A stretch of DNA of 64,000 nt from an uncultured Bacteriovoracaceae bacterium. Lineage in GTDB: Bacteria; Desulfobacterota; Desulfomonilia; UBA1062. Shown one piece after another: positions 61,711 to 64,000 of the stretch (positions are counted from its first letter, which is position 1; every line of letters begins with the position of its first letter). A program made the position numbers and the translations under genes. A model generated the notes under the pieces. It did no database searches and was not told the origin of the DNA. It saw only the letters and a program-made list of their open reading frames with translations. The stretch covers positions 85,556-149,555 of the forward strand of contig CAZEMO010000008.1 in assembly GCA_964513375.1 (NCBI GenBank), in the 5' to 3' direction.

Positions 61711-62211
61711 TTAATCAGTGCTCATAAACGGATATTTTTCTTTGAGCTTATATAATACAGGGTCCGGCACCAGTCCTCTGACAGAACCTCCTGCCGAGAC
61801 TGTTGCCTTTATAATAGTTGAGCTTACAAAAAGGTTCCTGAAATCTGTCATTAAAAAATAAGTATCGACTTCACTGTAAAGCTTTCTGTTCATAAGGGAG
61901 AGCTGCATTTCCCATTCAAAATCCGATACAACCCTCAAGCCTCTCAATATTGCACAGGCGCCTATCTTTTTTACATAATCAACAAGCAGTCCTTCAAAGA
62001 CATCCACACTGATTCTGCCATTTGATGGAGCAACGCATTCCTTTATCATTTCCACTTTCTCTTCTGTAGTAAATAAATCCTGTTTCAAGGCATTATGGCC
62101 GACAGCTACAACGACCCTGTCAAAGACCCCCAGACCTCTTCTTATAATATCAATATGACCGTTCGTTATCGGATCGAATGAACCGGGACATACAGCTATT
62201 TTTTCGCTCAT
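61711..62211 (-). CDS. coaD: phosphopantetheine adenylyltransferase
   Basis: IAVCPGSFDPITNGHIDII is the PPAT signature. Confidence 0.9.
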   Translation of the reverse strand: MSEKIAVCPGSFDPITNGHIDIIRRGLGVFDRVVVAVGHNALKQDLFTTEEKVEMIKECVAPSNGRISVDVFEGLLVDYVKKIGACAILRGLRVVSDFEWEMQLSLMNRKLYSEVDTYFLMTDFRNLFVSSTIIKATVSAGGSVRGLVPDPVLYKLKEKYPFMSTD

Positions 62212-62736
62212 TTACGGCTCCCTTCTTATAAAAGTCAGCATCGTATCTCCGTATTGCTTTTGCTTGTATGCGTTCATATTGAGCGGTTCTCTGGGTGAAT
62301 GTTCAACAACCATTGTCCCGCCCGGCTTAATCAGAAAATATAGCTCAGGTGCAAGCTGAGAAGCAAGACCTTTATTATATGGCGGGTCCATAAAAATAAG
62401 ATCGTATGTATGCTTGCATTTCCTTATATATGCCATGACATCCGATTTGATAATGACACATTTATCTTCAATGCCGATCAGGGAAACATTTTTTTTTATA
62501 TTGGCGATGCTTGAGGCGGAACTGTCAACAAATGTTGCCGATTTCGCACCCCTGCTTAACGCTTCAATTCCGAGAGAACCGCTACCTGCAAAAGCATCAA
62601 GAACGTCAAGATCCCTGAGCTCTACCAGCAAAGCTGAAAACAGGGCTTCCTTAACCCTGTCGGAAGTCGGTCTGATATCATCAGGACAGGTTATCCTTCT
62701 CGATTTATAAAGTCCCGAACATATTCTTACTGACAT
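62212..62736 (-). CDS. rsmD: 16S rRNA (guanine966-N2)-methyltransferase
   Basis: RPTSDRVKEALF...DAFAGSGSLGIEALSRGA...DPPY. The start was chosen at the internal Met (MSVRICSG), which fits RsmD N-termini. Confidence 0.7.
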   Translation of the reverse strand: MSVRICSGLYKSRRITCPDDIRPTSDRVKEALFSALLVELRDLDVLDAFAGSGSLGIEALSRGAKSATFVDSSASSIANIKKNVSLIGIEDKCVIIKSDVMAYIRKCKHTYDLIFMDPPYNKGLASQLAPELYFLIKPGGTMVVEHSPREPLNMNAYKQKQYGDTMLTFIRREP

Positions 62737-63059
62737 GATATTTGAGTTATACATCAGATTATAAATGGTCAAGTAATTAACATAATCTTCTGTGTGTAAT
62801 ATATTTCCCATTTATAGAAGGTAAAACTCTTCGGCAATGTGTAATATATTTCCCATATATCTTTTAAATTTCCGCTTATCATTTTGCTCCCAAACAGGTT
62901 ATAATCATTATATATTGACAACGGGAACCGCGTTATTCATAATAACTCGAAATTTAAAGATTTTATGCGGTTTTCAATATGCAGGGGGAAGAGAATCCAA
63001 CATTCACAATAATCGGGCATACCCTTTGCATTATTAAAATCCCAGGAGGGTCTAAGCAT

Positions 63060-64000
63060 ATGAAGAAGATCAGTAAACTTGTCGTAGCGGCCTTGATACT
63101 GTTAGGTCTAACAATCTCAGCATGCGATAAACGTTCGGATGTAACCAGAGACAGCCTTTCTTTCGAGGGTATCAATACCGAAGAAGTCCTCAGCGGCGAA
63201 GATACCAAGGAGTTGAGCAAACTTCTCGGCAACCTGACATTCGGACAGGTTCTGGATCTTCTCGGCAACAGCCTGAAGACACTCGATGCTCTGGGCAAGC
63301 AGGGATACACGACACGGGAAGATTATCAGACGCTGCTTAATATTATAAAGAATACTTATACATATATGCTCGAAGAAAAAGCCGCATATGAAGCAGACCC
63401 CAAAGCATATAACGAAGCGCATCCGGAAACTGCAAGCCCTATATCCCCACTCTTTAAAATGGCTGTAGATGCCAAGGTGGGCTTCCTTCTCAACCGGGTC
63501 ATCAAACAGGCCGGTTCACAGTGCATCACACAGAACATTTATCCCATGATAGCCTACGCACTTAATGCTGATGACGATATATTAAAGAATGCAATCAGTG
63601 GCGGATCAGAAAGCCCCGAAATTCAAAAAATAAGCCGCGAAGAGTTCAACAAGCTCATTACACTTGTCAACAAGCTTGTTGATAAAGATGGTGAATACAA
63701 TGCTCTGCACAGCAGCCTTTCAACATTCCGTGGCACTTTGGATATTGAACCCAATTCAGTAACCGTGGATGACGTCAAGGCTTTATTAAAAGATCTGGAT
63801 ACCCTTTCAGGTCCATACGGCACATCTGAGCCGGAAGAAACAGTACCCGGTCCATATACTGACGAGCAGAGCGATCAGATATGGGACAGCGCGGGACAGG
63901 TAATTAAAAACACCTTCAAGAACGACGACACTGTACAAGATGATTTAAAAGATTTTTCCAAGGCTCTCGGCATATATATGGCTTCAAATGATTTCAAATC
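63060..64000 (+). CDS. hypothetical lipoprotein (3' partial, runs off window)
   Basis: GGAGGG RBS. Signal peptide with lipobox LTISAC. Open frame to the window end. It was missing from the ORF track because it is truncated. Confidence 0.5.
   Translation, partial: MKKISKLVVAALILLGLTISACDKRSDVTRDSLSFEGINTEEVLSGEDTKELSKLLGNLTFGQVLDLLGNSLKTLDALGKQGYTTREDYQTLLNIIKNTYTYMLEEKAAYEADPKAYNEAHPETASPISPLFKMAVDAKVGFLLNRVIKQAGSQCITQNIYPMIAYALNADDDILKNAISGGSESPEIQKISREEFNKLITLVNKLVDKDGEYNALHSSLSTFRGTLDIEPNSVTVDDVKALLKDLDTLSGPYGTSEPEETVPGPYTDEQSDQIWDSAGQVIKNTFKNDDTVQDDLKDFSKALGIYMASNDFK

Noticed and set aside
62963-63823. Four minus-strand ORFs (62963-63310, 63117-63422, 63356-63538, 63623-63823)
   Set aside because: All lie antisense to a continuous plus-strand lipoprotein ORF (63060 to the window end) that has a GGAGGG RBS and a signal peptide.

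Overview
This 64 kb window looks like chromosomal DNA from a bacterium of roughly 45-50 % GC. I could not place the organism, and I saw no rRNA genes, tRNA genes or CRISPR arrays by eye. I called about 60 protein-coding genes. Housekeeping genes include gltX, ahcY-metK-thrC, a scattered purine set (purC, purH, purD, purE), tsaC, hisF, coaD, rsmD, galE and an aspartate aminotransferase. Several catabolic or regulatory clusters are present. One runs LacI-OYE-SDR-FAD oxidoreductase-ThuA-Gfo/Idh/MocA-lipoprotein. Another holds enoyl-CoA hydratase, an XRE-cupin regulator, acyl-CoA dehydrogenase and a di-PilZ protein. A third runs SDR, sugar-phosphate isomerase, Zn-ADH, creatininase and a GPH transporter. 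A fourth runs GntR-HAD-DUF362-FGGY kinase, with a 4Fe-4S protein upstream. The main finding is at 28637-29392. A reading frame there aligns along its whole length with organomercurial lyase MerB. It is broken by two in-frame TGA codons, and each falls exactly on one of the two catalytic cysteines of MerB (Cys96 and Cys159). The second TGA is followed at canonical spacing by a 7-bp stem with a GGUC apical loop, which resembles a bacterial SECIS. TGA is the ordinary stop codon for many genes in this window. The simplest reading is therefore a MerB-family selenoprotein with two selenocysteines, a Sec-for-Cys organomercurial lyase I do not recall having been described. Other notable features are a ~110-125 bp MITE-like element with 19-bp terminal inverted repeats in two inverted copies (18394-18518 and 46641-46760, about 85 % identical); a ~33 % GC orphan gene inserted into the purine cluster; a RelE/ParE-Phd toxin-antitoxin pair; and a short dispersed GTGGTGAGT / GAGTCAGGAGT motif. 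All calls come from reading the sequence and from remembered family signatures. I ran no database searches.
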